Assembly: GCA_964057225.1 (NCBI GenBank)
Contig: OZ059894.1
Location: forward strand, 3,782,001 to 3,846,000
Direction: 5' to 3'
Length of the DNA stretch: 64,000 nucleotides
Source of the DNA: Auanema rhodensis
Lineage: Eukaryota; Animalia; Nematoda
Shown here: piece after piece, positions 25,971 to 41,200 of the stretch
Layout: every line of letters begins with the position of its first letter
Position numbering within the stretch: the first letter of the stretch is position 1
Made by a program: the position numbers and the translations under genes
The notes under the pieces: generated by a model
Database searches by the model: none
Seen by the model: only the letters and a program-made list of their open reading frames with translations
Told to the model about the DNA's origin: nothing

Positions 25971-28689
25971 GTGCATTCGATGCGGATTTTTAAGCTGCGT
26001 CGATCTGTTTTATCAGATTTGCGCTAGCTTAAAAATGCACCGAGATATCAACTGATATAAGTTCACACTTATATCCTCGATTTTCACCCTGAAGAATTAA
26101 TTTTTTCGTTGAATAACATCGTCCATCGTCTTTGCCTTGAAAAAAGGAATCTAAAAACATCTACTTTTTGCTAAATTATTTTGAAATTTTTCGAAAAAAT
26201 TTTTGTCAAAATGTTTTTGGAAGCAATGTTGATTGTACATGGAAACTCAACATACACTAATGCATCATTTTTCAAACGATCATAACTAATTTTTGTATTG
26301 AGCGTTTCTCAATGTAGAATAGTGCATTCGATGCGGATTTTTAATCTGCGTCGGTCTGTGTTATCAGATTTGCGCTAGCTTAAAAATGCACCGAGATATC
26401 AACTGATATATGTTCACACTTATATCCTCGATTTTCACCCTGAAGAATTAATTTTTTCGTTGAATAACAATGTCCATCGTCTTTGCCTTGAAAAAAGGAA
26501 TCTAAAAACATCTACTTTTTGCTAAATTATTTTGAAATTTTTCGAAAAAATTTTTGTCAAAATGTTTTTGGAAGCAATGTTGAGTGTACATGGAAACTCA
26601 ACATACACTAATTCATCATTTTTCAAACGATCATAACTAATTTTTGTATTAAGCGTTTCTCAATGTAGTATAGTGCATTCGATGCGGATTTTTAAGCTGC
26701 ATCGATCTGTGTTATCAGATTTGCGCTAGCTTAAAAATGCACCGAGATATCAACTGATATAAGTTCACACTTATATCCTCGATTTTCACCCTGAAGAATT
26801 AATTTTTTCGTTGAATAACATCGTCCATCGTCTTTGCCTTGAAAAAAGGAATCTAAAAACATCTACTTCTTGCTAAATTATTTTGAAATTTTTCGAAAAA
26901 ATTTTTGTCAAAATGTTTTTGGAAGCAATGTTGATTGTACATGGAAACTCAACATACACTAATGCATCATTTTTCAAACGATCATAACTAATTTTTGTAT
27001 TGAGCGTTTCTCAATGTAGAATAGTGCATTCGATGCGGATTTTTAATCTGCGTCGGTCTGTGTTATCAGATTTGCGCTAGCTTAAAAATGCACCGAGATA
27101 TCAACTGATATATGTTCACACTTATATCCTCGATTTTCACCCTGAAGAATTAATTTTTTCGTTGAATAACAATGTCCATCGTCTTTGCCTTGAAAAAAGG
27201 AATCTAAAAACATCTACTTTTTGCTAAATTATTTTGAAATTTTTCGAAAAAATTTTTGTCAAAATGTTTTTGGAAGCAATGTTGAGTGTACATGGAAACT
27301 CAACATACACTAATGCATCATTTTTCAAACGATCATAACTAATTTTTGTATTAAGCGTTTCTCAATGTAGTATAGTGCATTCGATGCGGATTTTTAAGCT
27401 GCATCGATCTGTGTTATCAGATTTGCGGTAGCTTAAAAATGCACCGAGATATCAACTGATATAAGTTCACACTTATATCCTCGATTTTCACCCTGAAGAA
27501 TTAATTTTTTCGTTCAATAACATCGTCCATCGTCTTTGCCTTGAAAAAAGGAATCTAAAAACATCTACTTTTTGCTAAATTATTTTGAAATTTTTCGAAA
27601 AAATTTTTGTCAAAATGTTTTTGGAAGCAATGTTGATTGTACATGGAAACTCAACATACACTAATGCATCATTTTTCAAACGATCATAACTAATTTTTGT
27701 ATTGAGCGTTTCTTAATGTAGAATAGTGCATTTGATGCGGATTTTTAAGCTGCGTCGGTCTGTGTTATCAGATTTGCGCTAGCTTAAAAATGCACCGAGA
27801 TATCAACTGATATATGTTCACACTTATATCCTCGATTTTCACCCTGAAGAATTAATTTTTTCGTTGAATAACAATGTCCATCGTCTTTGCCTTGAAAAAA
27901 GGAATCTAAAAACATCTACTTTTTGCTAAATTATTTTGAAATTTTTCGAAAAAATTTTTGTCAAAATGTTTTTGGAAGCAATGTTGATTGTACATGGAAA
28001 CTCAACATACACTAATGCATCATTTTTCAAACGATCATAACTAACTCTTGTATTGAGCGTTTCTCAATGTAGAATAGTGCATTCGATGCGGATTTTTAAT
28101 CTGCGTCGGTCTGTGTTATCAGATTTGCGCTAGCTTAAAAATGCACCGAGATATCAACTGATATATGTTCACACTTATATCCTCGATTTTCACCCTGAAG
28201 AATTAATTTTTTCGTTGAATAACAATGTCCATCGTCTTTGCCTTGAAAAAAGGAATCTAAAAACATCTACTTTTTGCTAAATTATTTTGAAATTTTTCGA
28301 AAAAATTTTTGTCAAAATGTTTTTGGAAGCAATGTTGAGTGTACATGGAAACTCAACATACACTAATGCATCATTTTTCAAACGATCATAACTAATTTTT
28401 GTATTAAGCGTTTCTCAATGTAGTATAGTGCATTCGATGCGGATTTTTAAGCTGCATCGATCTGTGTTATCAGATTTGCGCTAGCTTAAAAATGCACCGA
28501 GATATCAACTGATATAAGTTCACACTTATATCCTCGATTTTCACCCTGAAGAATTAATTTTTTCGTTCAATAACATCGTCCATCGTCTTTGCCTTGAAAA
28601 AAGGAATCTAAAAACATCTACTTTTTGCTAAATTATTCTGAAATTTTTCGAAAAAATTTTTGTCAAAATGTTTTTGGAAGCAATGTTGA

Positions 28690-31390
28690 TTGTACATGGA
28701 AACTCAACATACACTAATGCATCATTTTTCAAACGATCATAACTAATTTTTGTATTGAGCGTTTCTCAATGTAGAATAGTGCATTTGATGCGGATTTTTA
28801 AGCTGCGTCGGTCTGTGTTATCAGATTTGCGCTAGCTTAAAAATGCACCGAGATATCAACTGATATATGTTCACACTTATATCCTCGATTTTCACCCTGA
28901 AGAATTAATTTTTTCGTTGAATAACAATGTCCATCGTCTTTGCCTTGAAAAAAGGAATCTAAAAACATCTACTTTTTGCTAAATTATTTTGAAATTTTTC
29001 GAAAAAATTTTTGTCAAAATGTTTTTGGAAGCAATGTTGAGTGTACATGGAAACTCAACATACACTAATGCATCATTTTTCAAACGATCATAACTAATTT
29101 TTGTATTAAGCGTTTCTCAATGTAGTATAGTTCATTCGATGCGGATTTTTAAGCTGCGTCGATCTGTGTTATCAGATTTGCGCTAGCTTAAAAATGCACC
29201 GAGATATCAACTGATATAAGTTCACACTTATATCCTCGATTTTCACCCTGAAGAATTAATTTTTTTGTTGAATAACAATGTCCATCGTCTTTGCCTTGAA
29301 AAAAGGAATCTAAAAACATCTACTTTTTGCTAAATTATTTTGAAATTTTTCGAAAAAATTTTTGTCAAAATGTTTTTGGAAGCAATGTTGAGTGTACATG
29401 GAAACTCAACATACACTAATGCATCATTTTTCAAACGATCATAACTAATTTTTGTATTAAGCGTTTCTCAATGTAGTATAGTGCATTCGATGCGGATTTT
29501 TAAGCTGCATCGATCTGTGTTATCAGATTTGCGCTAGCTTAAAAATGCACCGAGATATCAACTGATATAAGTTCACACTTATATCCTCGATTTTCACCCT
29601 GAAGAATTAATTTTTTCGTTGAATAACAATGTCCATCGTCTTTGCCTCAAAAAAAGGTATCTAAAAACATCTACTTTTTGCTAAATTATTTTGAAATTTT
29701 TCGAAAAAATTTTTGTCAAAATGTTTTTGGAAGCAATGTTGAGTGTACATGGAAACTCAACATACACTAATTCATCATTTTCCAAACGATCATAACTAAT
29801 TTTTGTATTGAGCGTTTCTCAATGTAGTATAGTGCATTCGATGCGGATTTTTAAGCTGCATCGATCTGTGTTATCAGATTTGCGCTAGCTTAAAAATGCA
29901 CCGAGATATCAACTGATATAAGTTCACACTTATATCCTCGATTTTCACCCTGAAGAATTAATTTTTTCGTTGAATAACAATGTCCATCGTCTTCGCCTTA
30001 AAAAAAGGTATCTAAAAACATCTACTTTTTGCTAAATTATTTTGAAATTTTTCGAAAAAATTTTTGTCAAAATGTTTTTGGAAGCAATGTTGATTGTACA
30101 TGGAAACTCAACATACACTAATGCATCATTTTTCAAACGATCATAACTAATTTTTGTATTGAGCGTTTCTCAATGTAGAATAGTGCATTTGATGCGGATT
30201 TTTAAGCTGCGTCGGTCTGTGTTATCAGATTTGCGCTAGCTTAAAAATGCACCGAGATATCAACTGATATATGTTCACACTTATATCCTCGATTTTCACC
30301 CTGAAGAATTAATTTTTTCGTTGAATAACAATGTCCATCGTCTTTGCCTTGAAAAAAGGAATCTAAAAACATCTACTTTTTGCTAAATTATTTTGAAATT
30401 TTTCGAAAAAATTTTTGTCAAAATGTTTTTGGAAGCAATGTTGAGTGTACATGGAAACTCAACATACACTAATGCATCATTTTTCAAACGATCATAACTA
30501 ATTTTTGTATTAAGCGTTTCTCAATGTAGTATAGTTCATTCGATGCGGATTTTTAAGCTGCGTCGATCTGTGTTATCAGATTTGCGCTAGCTTAAAAATG
30601 CACCGAGATATCAACTGATATAAGTTCACACTTATATCCTCGATTTTCACCCTGAAGAATTAATTTTTTTGTTGAATAACAATGTCCATCGTCTTTGCCT
30701 TGAAAAAAGGAATCTAAAAACATCTACTTTTTGCTAAATTATTTTGAAATTTTTCGAAAAAATTTTTGTCAAAATGTTTTTGGAAGCAATGTTGAGTGTA
30801 CATGGAAACTCAACATACACTAATGCATCATTTTTCAAACGATCATAACTAATTTTTGTATTAAGCGTTTCTCAATGTAGTATAGTGCATTCGATGCGGA
30901 TTTTTAAGCTGCATCGATCTGTGTTATCAGATTTGCGCTAGCTTAAAAATGCACCGAGATATCAACTGATATAAGTTCACACTTATATCCTCGATTTTCA
31001 CCCTGAAGAATTAATTTTTTCGTTGAATAACAATGTCCATCGTCTTTGCCTCAAAAAAAGGTATCTTAAAACATCTACTTTTTGCTAAATTATTTTGAAA
31101 TTTTTCGAAAAAATTTTTGTCAAAATGTTTTTGGAAGCAATGTTGAGTGTACATGGAAACTCAACATACACTAATTCATCATTTTCCAAACGATCATAAC
31201 TAATTTTTGTATTGAGCGTTTCTCAATGTAGTATAGTGCATTCGATGCGGATTTTTAAGCTGCATCGATCTGTGTTATCAGATTTGCGCTAGCTTAAAAA
31301 TGCACCGAGATATCAACTGATATAAGTTCACACTTATATCCTCGATTTTCACCCTGAAGAATTAATTTTTTCGTTGAATAACAATGTCCA
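28690..31390. repeat. Tandem duplication of a 4-monomer block (1404 bp)
   Basis: Variant pairs: tagAatag 28775/30179, tagtTcatt 29132/30536, ttttCcaaa 29782/31186. Confidence 0.85.
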
Positions 31391-34300
31391 TCGTCTTTGC
31401 CTCAAAAAAAGGTATCTAAAAACATCTACTTTTTGCTAAATTATTTTGAAATTTTTCGAAAAAATTTTTGTCAAAATGTTTTTGGAAGCAATGTTGAGTG
31501 TACATGGAAACTCAACATACACTAATGCATCATTTTTCAAACGATCATAACTAATTTTTGTATTAAGCGTTTCTCAATGTAGTATAGTGCATTCGATGCG
31601 GATTTTTAAGCTGCGTCGATCTGTTTTATCAGATTTGCGCTAGCTTAAAAATGCACCGAGATATCAACTGATATAAGTTCACACTTATATCCTCGATTTT
31701 CACCCTGAAGAATTAATTTTTTCGTTGAATAACAATGTCCATCGTCTTCGCCTTAAAAAAAGGTATCTAAAAACATCTACTTTTCGCTAAATTATTTTGA
31801 AATTTTTCGAAAAAATTTTTGTCAAAATGTTTTTGGAAGCAATGTTGAGTGTACATGGAAACTCAACATACACTAATGCATCATTTTTCAAACGATCATA
31901 ACTAATTTTTGTATTAAGCGTTTCTCAATGTAGTATAGTGCATTCGATGCGGATTTTTAAACTGCGTCGATCTGTTTTATCAGATTTGCGCAAGCTTAAA
32001 AATGCACCGAGATATCAACTGATATAAGTTCACGCTTATATCCTCGATTTTCACCCTGAAGAATTAATTTTTTTGTTGAATAACAATGTCCATCGTCTTC
32101 GCCTTAAAAAAAGGTATCTAAAAACATCTACTTTTTGCTAAATTATTTTGAAATTTTTCGAAAAAATTTTTGTCAAAATGTTTTTGGAAGCAATGTTGAG
32201 TGTACATGGAAACTCAACATACACTAATGCATCATTTTTCAAACGATCATAACTAATTTTTGTATTAAGCGTTTCTCAATGTAGTATAGTGCATTCGATG
32301 CGGATTTTTAAGCTGCGTCGATCTGTTTTATCAGATTTGCGCTAGCTTAAAAATGCACCGAGATATCAACTGATATAAGTTCACACTTATATCCTCGATT
32401 TTCACCCTGAAGAATTAATTTTTTCGTTGAATAACAATGTCCATCGTCTTCGCCTTAAAAAAAGGTATCTAAAAACATCTACTTTTTGCTAAATTATTTT
32501 GAAATTTTTCGAAAAAATTTTTGTCAAAATGTTTTTGGAAGCAATGTTGAGTGTACATGGAAACTCAACATACACTAATGCATCATTTTTCAAACGATCA
32601 TAACTAATTTTTGTATTAAGCGTTTCTCAATGTAGTATAGTGCATTCGATGCGGATTTTTAAACTGCGTCGATCTGTTTTATCAGATTTGCGCAAGCTTA
32701 AAAATGCACCGAGATATCAACTGATATAAGTTCACGCTTATATCCTCGATTTTCACCCTGAAGAATTAATTTTTTTGTTGAATAACAATGTCCATCGTCT
32801 TCGCCTTAAAAAAAGGTATCTAAAAACATCTACTTTTTGCTAAATTATTTTGAAATTTTTCGAAAAAATTTTTGTCAAAATGTTTTTGGAAGCAATGTTG
32901 AGTGTACATGGAAACTCAACATACACTAATGCATCATTTTTCAAACGATCATAACTAATTTTTGTATTAAGCGTTTCTCAATGTAGTATAGTGCATTCGA
33001 TGCGGATTTTTAAGCTGCGTCGATCTGTTTTATCAGATTTGCGCTAGCTTAAAAATGCACCGAGATATCAACTGATATAAGTTCACACTTATATCCTCGA
33101 TTTTCACCCTGAAGAATTAATTTTTTCGTTGAATAACAATGTCCATCGTCTTCGCCTTAAAAAAAGGTATCTAAAAACATCTACTTTTTGCTAAATTATT
33201 TTGAAATTTTTCGAAAAAATTTTTGTCAAAATGTTTTTGGAAGCAATGTTGAGTGTACATGGAAACTCAACATACACTAATGCATCATTTTTCAAACGAT
33301 CATAACTAATTTTTGTATTAAGCGTTTCTCAATGTAGTATAGTGCATTCGATGCAGATTTTTAAGCTGCGTCGATCTGTTTTATCAGATTTGCGCTAGCT
33401 TAAAAATGCACCGAGATATCAACTGATATAAGTTCACACTTATATCCTCGATTTTCACCCTGAAGAATTAATTTTTTCGTTGAATAACAATGTCCATCGT
33501 CTTTGCCTTGAAAAAAGGAATCTAAAAACATCTACTTTTTGCTAAATTATTTTGAAATTTTTCGAAAAAATTTTTGTCAAAATGTTTTTGGAAGCAATGT
33601 TGAGTGTACATGGAAACTCAACATACACTAATGCATCATTTTTCAAACGATCATAACTTATTTTTGTATTAAGCGTTTCTCAATGTCGTATAGTGCATTT
33701 GATGCGGATTTTTAAGCTGCGTCGGTCTGTGTTATCAGATTTGCGCTAGCTTAAAAATGCACCGAGATATCAACTGATATAAGTTCACACTTATATCCTC
33801 GATTTTCACCCTGAAGAATTAATTTTTTCGTTGAATAACAATGTCCATCGTCTTCGCCTTAAAAAAAGGTATCTAAAAACATCTACTTTTCGCTAAATTA
33901 TTTTGAAATTTTTCGAAAAAATTTTTGTCAAAATGTTTTTGGAAGCAATGTTGAGTGTACATGGAAACTCAACATACACTAATGCATCATTTTTCAAACG
34001 ATCATAACTACTTTTTGTATTAAGCGTTTCTCAATGTAGTATAGTGCATTCGATGCGGATTTTTAAGCTGCGTCGATCTGTTTTATCAGATTTGCGCAAG
34101 CTTAAAAATGCACCGAGATATCAACTGATATAAGTTCACACTTATATCCTCGATTTTCACCCTGAAGAATTAATTTTTTTGTTGAATAACAATGTCCATC
34201 GTCTTCGCCTTAAAAAAAGGTATCTAAAAACATCTACTTTTTGCTAAATTATTTTGAAATTTTTCGAAAAAATTTTTGTCAAAATGTTTTTGGAAGCAAT

Positions 34301-37300
34301 GTTGAGTGTACATGGAAACTCAACATACACTAATGCATCATTTTTCAAACGATCATAACTAATTTTTGTATTAAGCGTTTCTCAATGTAGTATAGTTCAT
34401 TCGATGCGGATTTTTAAGCTGCGTCGATCTGTGTTATCAGATTTGCGCTAGCTTAAAAATGCACCGAGATATCAACTGATATAAGTTCACACTTATATCC
34501 TCGATTTTCACCCTGAAGAATTAATTTTTTTGTTGAATAACAATGTCCATCGTCTTTGCCTTGAAAAAAGGAATCTAAAAACATCTACTTTTTGCTAAAT
34601 TATTTTGAAATTTTTCGAAAAAATTTTTGTCAAAATGTTTTTGGAAGCAATGTTGAGTGTACATGGAAACTCAACATACACTAATGCATCATTTTTCAAA
34701 CGATCATAACTAATTTTTGTATTAAGCGTTTCTCAATGTAGTATAGTGCATTCGATGCGGATTTTTAAGCTGCATCGATCTGTGTTATCAGATTTGCGCT
34801 AGCTTAAAAATGCACCGAGATATCAACTGATATAAGTTCACACTTATATCCTCGATTTTCACCCTGAAGAATTAATTTTTTCGTTGAATAACAATGTCCA
34901 TCGTCTTTGCCTCAAAAAAAGGTATCTTAAAACATCTACTTTTTGCTAAATTATTTTGAAATTTTTCGAAAAAATTTTTGTCAAAATGTTTTTGGAAGCA
35001 ATGTTGAGTGTACATGGAAACTCAACATACACTAATTCATCATTTTCCAAACGATCATAACTAATTTTTGTATTGAGCGTTTCTCAATGTAGTATAGTGC
35101 ATTCGATGCGGATTTTTAAGCTGCATCGATCTGTGTTATCAGATTTGCGCTAGCTTAAAAATGCACCGAGATATCAACTGATATAAGTTCACACTTATAT
35201 CCTCGATTTTCACCCTGAAGAATTAATTTTTTCGTTGAATAACAATGTCCATCGTCTTTGCCTCAAAAAAAGGTATCTAAAAACATCTACTTTTTGCTAA
35301 ATTATTTTGAAATTTTTCGAAAAAATTTTTGTCAAAATGTTTTTGGAAGCAATGTTGAGTGTACATGGAAACTCAACATACACTAATGCATCATTTTTCA
35401 AACGATCATAACTAATTTTTGTATTAAGCGTTTCTCAATGTAGTATAGTGCATTCGATGCGGATTTTTAAGCTGCGTCGATCTGTTTTATCAGATTTGCG
35501 CTAGCTTAAAAATGCACCGAGATATCAACTGATATAAGTTCACACTTATATCCTCGATTTTCACCCTGAAGAATTAATTTTTTCGTTGAATAACAATGTC
35601 CATCGTCTTCGCCTTAAAAAAAGGTATCTAAAAACATCTACTTTTCGCTAAATTATTTTGAAATTTTTCGAAAAAATTTTTGTCAAAATGTTTTTGGAAG
35701 CAATGTTGAGTGTACATGGAAACTCAACATACACTAATGCATCATTTTTCAAACGATCATAACTAATTTTTGTATTAAGCGTTTCTCAATGTAGTATAGT
35801 GCATTCGATGCGGATTTTTAAACTGCGTCGATCTGTTTTATCAGATTTGCGCAAGCTTAAAAATGCACCGAGATATCAACTGATATAAGTTCACGCTTAT
35901 ATCCTCGATTTTCACCCTGAAGAATTAATTTTTTTGTTGAATAACAATGTCCATCGTCTTCGCCTTAAAAAAAGGTATCTAAAAACATCTACTTTTTGCT
36001 AAATTATTTTGAAATTTTTCGAAAAAATTTTTGTCAAAATGTTTTTGGAAGCAATGTTGAGTGTACATGGAAACTCAACATACACTAATGCATCATTTTT
36101 CAAACGATCATAACTAATTTTTGTATTAAGCGTTTCTCAATGTAGTATAGTGCATTCGATGCGGATTTTTAAGCTGCGTCGATCTGTTTTATCAGATTTG
36201 CGCTAGCTTAAAAATGCACCGAGATATCAACTGATATAAGTTCACACTTATATCCTCGATTTTCACCCTGAAGAATTAATTTTTTCGTTGAATAACAATG
36301 TCCATCGTCTTCGCCTTAAAAAAAGGTATCTAAAAACATCTACTTTTTGCTAAATTATTTTGAAATTTTTCGAAAAAATTTTTGTCAAAATGTTTTTGGA
36401 AGCAATGTTGAGTGTACATGGAAACTCAACATACACTAATGCATCATTTTTCAAACGATCATAACTAATTTTTGTATTAAGCGTTTCTCAATGTAGTATA
36501 GTGCATTCGATGCGGATTTTTAAACTGCGTCGATCTGTTTTATCAGATTTGCGCAAGCTTAAAAATGCACCGAGATATCAACTGATATAAGTTCACGCTT
36601 ATATCCTCGATTTTCACCCTGAAGAATTAATTTTTTTGTTGAATAACAATGTCCATCGTCTTCGCCTTAAAAAAAGGTATCTAAAAACATCTACTTTTTG
36701 CTAAATTATTTTGAAATTTTTCGAAAAAATTTTTGTCAAAATGTTTTTGGAAGCAATGTTGAGTGTACATGGAAACTCAACATACACTAATGCATCATTT
36801 TTCAAACGATCATAACTAATTTTTGTATTAAGCGTTTCTCAATGTAGTATAGTGCATTCGATGCGGATTTTTAAGCTGCGTCGATCTGTTTTATCAGATT
36901 TGCGCTAGCTTAAAAATGCACCGAGATATCAACTGATATAAGTTCACACTTATATCCTCGATTTTCACCCTGAAGAATTAATTTTTTCGTTGAATAACAA
37001 TGTCCATCGTCTTCGCCTTAAAAAAAGGTATCTAAAAACATCTACTTTTTGCTAAATTATTTTGAAATTTTTCGAAAAAATTTTTGTCAAAATGTTTTTG
37101 GAAGCAATGTTGAGTGTACATGGAAACTCAACATACACTAATGCATCATTTTTCAAACGATCATAACTAATTTTTGTATTAAGCGTTTCTCAATGTAGTA
37201 TAGTGCATTCGATGCAGATTTTTAAGCTGCGTCGATCTGTTTTATCAGATTTGCGCTAGCTTAAAAATGCACCGAGATATCAACTGATATAAGTTCACAC

Positions 37301-38257
37301 TTATATCCTCGATTTTCACCCTGAAGAATTAATTTTTTCGTTGAATAACAATGTCCATCGTCTTTGCCTTGAAAAAAGGAATCTAAAAACATCTACTTTT
37401 TGCTAAATTATTTTGAAATTTTTCGAAAAAATTTTTGTCAAAATGTTTTTGGAAGCAATGTTGAGTGTACATGGAAACTCAACATACACTAATGCATCAT
37501 TTTTCAAACGATCATAACTTATTTTTGTATTAAGCGTTTCTCAATGTCGTATAGTGCATTTGATGCGGATTTTTAAGCTGCGTCGGTCTGTGTTATCAGA
37601 TTTGCGCTAGCTTAAAAATGCACCGAGATATCAACTGATATAAGTTCACACTTATATCCTCGATTTTCACCCTGAAGAATTAATTTTTTCGTTGAATAAC
37701 AATGTCCATCGTCTTCGCCTTAAAAAAAGGTATCTAAAAACATCTACTTTTCGCTAAATTATTTTGAAATTTTTCGAAAAAATTTTTGTCAAAATGTTTT
37801 TGGAAGCAATGTTGAGTGTACATGGAAACTCAACATACACTAATGCATCATTTTTCAAACGATCATAACTACTTTTTGTATTAAGCGTTTCTCAATGTAG
37901 TATAGTGCATTCGATGCGGATTTTTAAGCTGCGTCGATCTGTTTTATCAGATTTGCGCAAGCTTAAAAATGCACCGAGATATCAACTGATATAAGTTCAC
38001 ACTTATATCCTCGATTTTCACCCTGAAGAATTAATTTTTTTGTTGAATAACAATGTCCATCGTCTTCGCCTTAAAAAAAGGTATCTAAAAACATCTACTT
38101 TTTGCTAAATTATTTTGAAATTTTTCGAAAAAATTTTTGTCAAAATGTTTTTGGAAGCAATGTTGAGTGTACATGGAAACTCAACATACACTAATGCATC
38201 ATTTTTCAAACGATCATAACTAATTTTTGTATTAAGCGTTTCTCAATGTAGTATAGT
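30362..38257. repeat. Tandem duplication of an 11-monomer block (3861 bp)
   Basis: Variant pairs 3861 bp apart: 30536/34397, 31067/34928, 33355/37216, 33659/37520, 34011/37872. An internal aaActgc/cacGctt dimer is present in both copies. Confidence 0.93.
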
Positions 38258-38295
38258 GCATTCGATGCGGATTTTTAAGCTGCGTCGATCTGTTT

Positions 38296-41200
38296 TATCA
38301 GATTTGCGCTAGCTTAAAAATGCACCGAGATATCAACTGATATAAGTTCACACTTATATCCTCGATTTTCACCCTGAAGAATTAATTTTTTCGTTGAATA
38401 ACAATGTCCATCGTCTTCGCCTTAAAAAAAGGTATCTAAAAACATCTACTTTTTGCTAAATTATTTTGAAATTTTTCGAAAAAATTTTTGTCAAAATGTT
38501 TTTGGAAGCAATGTTGAGTGTACATGGAAACTCAACATACACTAATGCATCATTTTTCAAACGATCATAACTAATTTTTGTATTAAGCGTTTCTCAATGT
38601 AGTATAGTGCATTCGATGCGGATTTTTAAGCTGCGTCGATCTGTTTTATCAGATTTGCGCTAGCTTAAAAATGCACCGAGATATCAACTGATATAAGTTC
38701 ACACTTATATCCTCGATTTTCACCCTGAAGAATTAATTTTTTCGTTGAATAACAATGTCCATCGTCTTCGCCTTAAAAAAAGGTATCTAAAAACATCTAC
38801 TTTTTGCTAAATTATTTTGAAATTTTTCGAAAAAATTTTTGTCAAAATGTTTTTGGAAGCAATGTTGAGTGTACATGGAAACTCAACATACACTAATGCA
38901 TCATTTTTCAAACGATCATAACTAATTTTTGTATTAAGCGTTTCTCAATGTAGTATAGTGCATTCGATGCGGATTTTTAAGCTGCGTCGATCTGTTTTAT
39001 CAGATTTGCGCTAGCTTAAAAATGCACCGAGATATCAACTGATATAAGTTCACACTTATATCCTCGATTTTCACCCTGAAGAATTAATTTTTTCGTTGAA
39101 TCACATCGTCCATCGTCTTTGCCTTGAAAAAAGGAATCTAAAAACATCTACTTTTTGCTAAATTATTTTGAAATTTTTCGAAAAAAGTTTTGTCAAAATG
39201 TTTTTGGAAGCAATGTTGAGTGTACATGGAAACTCAACATACACTAATGCATCATTTTTCAAACGATCATAACTAATTTTTGTATTAAGCGTTTCTCAAT
39301 GTAGTATAGTGCATTCGATGCGGATTTTTAAGCTGCATCGATCTGTGTTATCAGATTTGCGCTAGCTTAAAAATGCACCGAGATATCAACTGATATAAGT
39401 TCACACTTATATCCTCGATTTTCACCCTGAAGAATTAATTTTTTCGTTGAATAACATTGTCCATCGTCTTTGTCTTGAAAAAAGGAATCTAAAAACATCT
39501 ACTTTTCGCTAAATTATTTTGAAATTTTTCGAAAAAATTTTTGTCAAAATGTTTTTGGAAGCAATGTTGAGTGTACATGGAAACTCAACATACACTAATT
39601 CATCATTTTTCAAACGATCATAACTAATTTTTGTATTGAGCGTTTCTCAATGTAGTATAGTGCATTCGATGCGGATTTTTAAGCTGCATCGATCTGTGTT
39701 ATCAGATTTGCGCTAGCTTAAAAATGCACCGAGATATCAACTGATATAAGTTCACACTTATATCCTCGATTTTCACCCTGAAGAATTAATTTTTTCGTTG
39801 AATAACAATGTCCATCGTCTTTGCCTCAAAAAAAGGTATCTAAAAACATCTACTTTTTGCTAAATTATTTTGAAATTTTTCGAAAAAATTTTTGTCAAAA
39901 TGTTTTTGGAAGCAATGTTGAGTGTACATGGAAACTCAACATACACTAATGCATCATTTTTCAAACGATCATAACTAATTTTTGTATTAAGCGTTTCTCA
40001 ATGTAGTATAGTGCATTCGATGCGGATTTTTAAGCTGCGTCGATCTGTTTTATCAGATTTGCGCTAGCTTAAAAATGCACCGAGATATCAACTGATATAA
40101 GTTCACACTTATATCCTCGATTTTCACCCTGAAGAATTACTTTTTTCGTTGAATAACAATGTCCATCGTCTTCGCCTTAAAAAAAGGTATCTAAAAACAT
40201 CTACTTTTTGCTAAATTATTTTGAAATTTTTCGAAAAAATTTTTGTCAAAATGTTTTTGGAAGCAATGTTGAGTGTACATGGAAACTCAACATACACTAA
40301 TGCATCATTTTTCAAACGATCATAACTAATTTTTGTATTAAGCGTTTCTCAATGTAGTATAGTGCATTCGATGCGGATTTTTAAGCTGCGTCGATCTGTT
40401 TTATCAGATTTGCGCAAGCTTAAAAATGCACCGAGATATCAACTGATATAAGTTCACACTTATATCCTCGATTTCCACCCTGAAGAATTAATTTTTTCGT
40501 TGAATAACAATGTCCATCGTCTTCGCCTTAAAAAAAGGTATCTAAAAACATCTACTTTTTGCTAAATTATTTTGAAATTTTTCGAAAAAATTTTTGTCAA
40601 AATGTTTTTGGAAGCAATGTTGAGTGTACATGGAAACTCAACATACACTAATGCATCATTTTTCAAACGATCATAACTAATTTTTGTATTAAGCGTTTCT
40701 CAATGTAGTATAGTGCATTCGATGCGGATTTTTAAGCTGCGTCGATCTGTTTTATCAGATTTGCGCTAGCTTAAAAATGCACCGAGATATCAACTGATAT
40801 AAGTTCACACTTATATCCTCGATTTTCACCCTGAAGAATTAATTTTTTCGTTGAATAACAATGTCCATCGTCTTCGCCTGAAAAAAAGGTATCTAAAAAC
40901 ATCTACTTTTTGCTAAATTATTTTGAAATTTTACGAAAAAATTTTTGTCAAAATGTTTTTGGAAGCAATGTTGAGTGTACATGGAAACTCAACATACACT
41001 AATGCATCATTTTTCAAACGATCATAACTAATTTTTGTATTAAGCGTTTCTCAATGTAGTATAGTGCATTCGATGCGGATTTTTAAGCTGCGTCGATCTG
41101 TTTTATCAGATTTGCGCTAGCTTAAAAATGCACCGAGATATCAACTGATATAAGTTCACACTTATATCCTCGATTTTCACCCTGAAGAATTAATTTTTTC

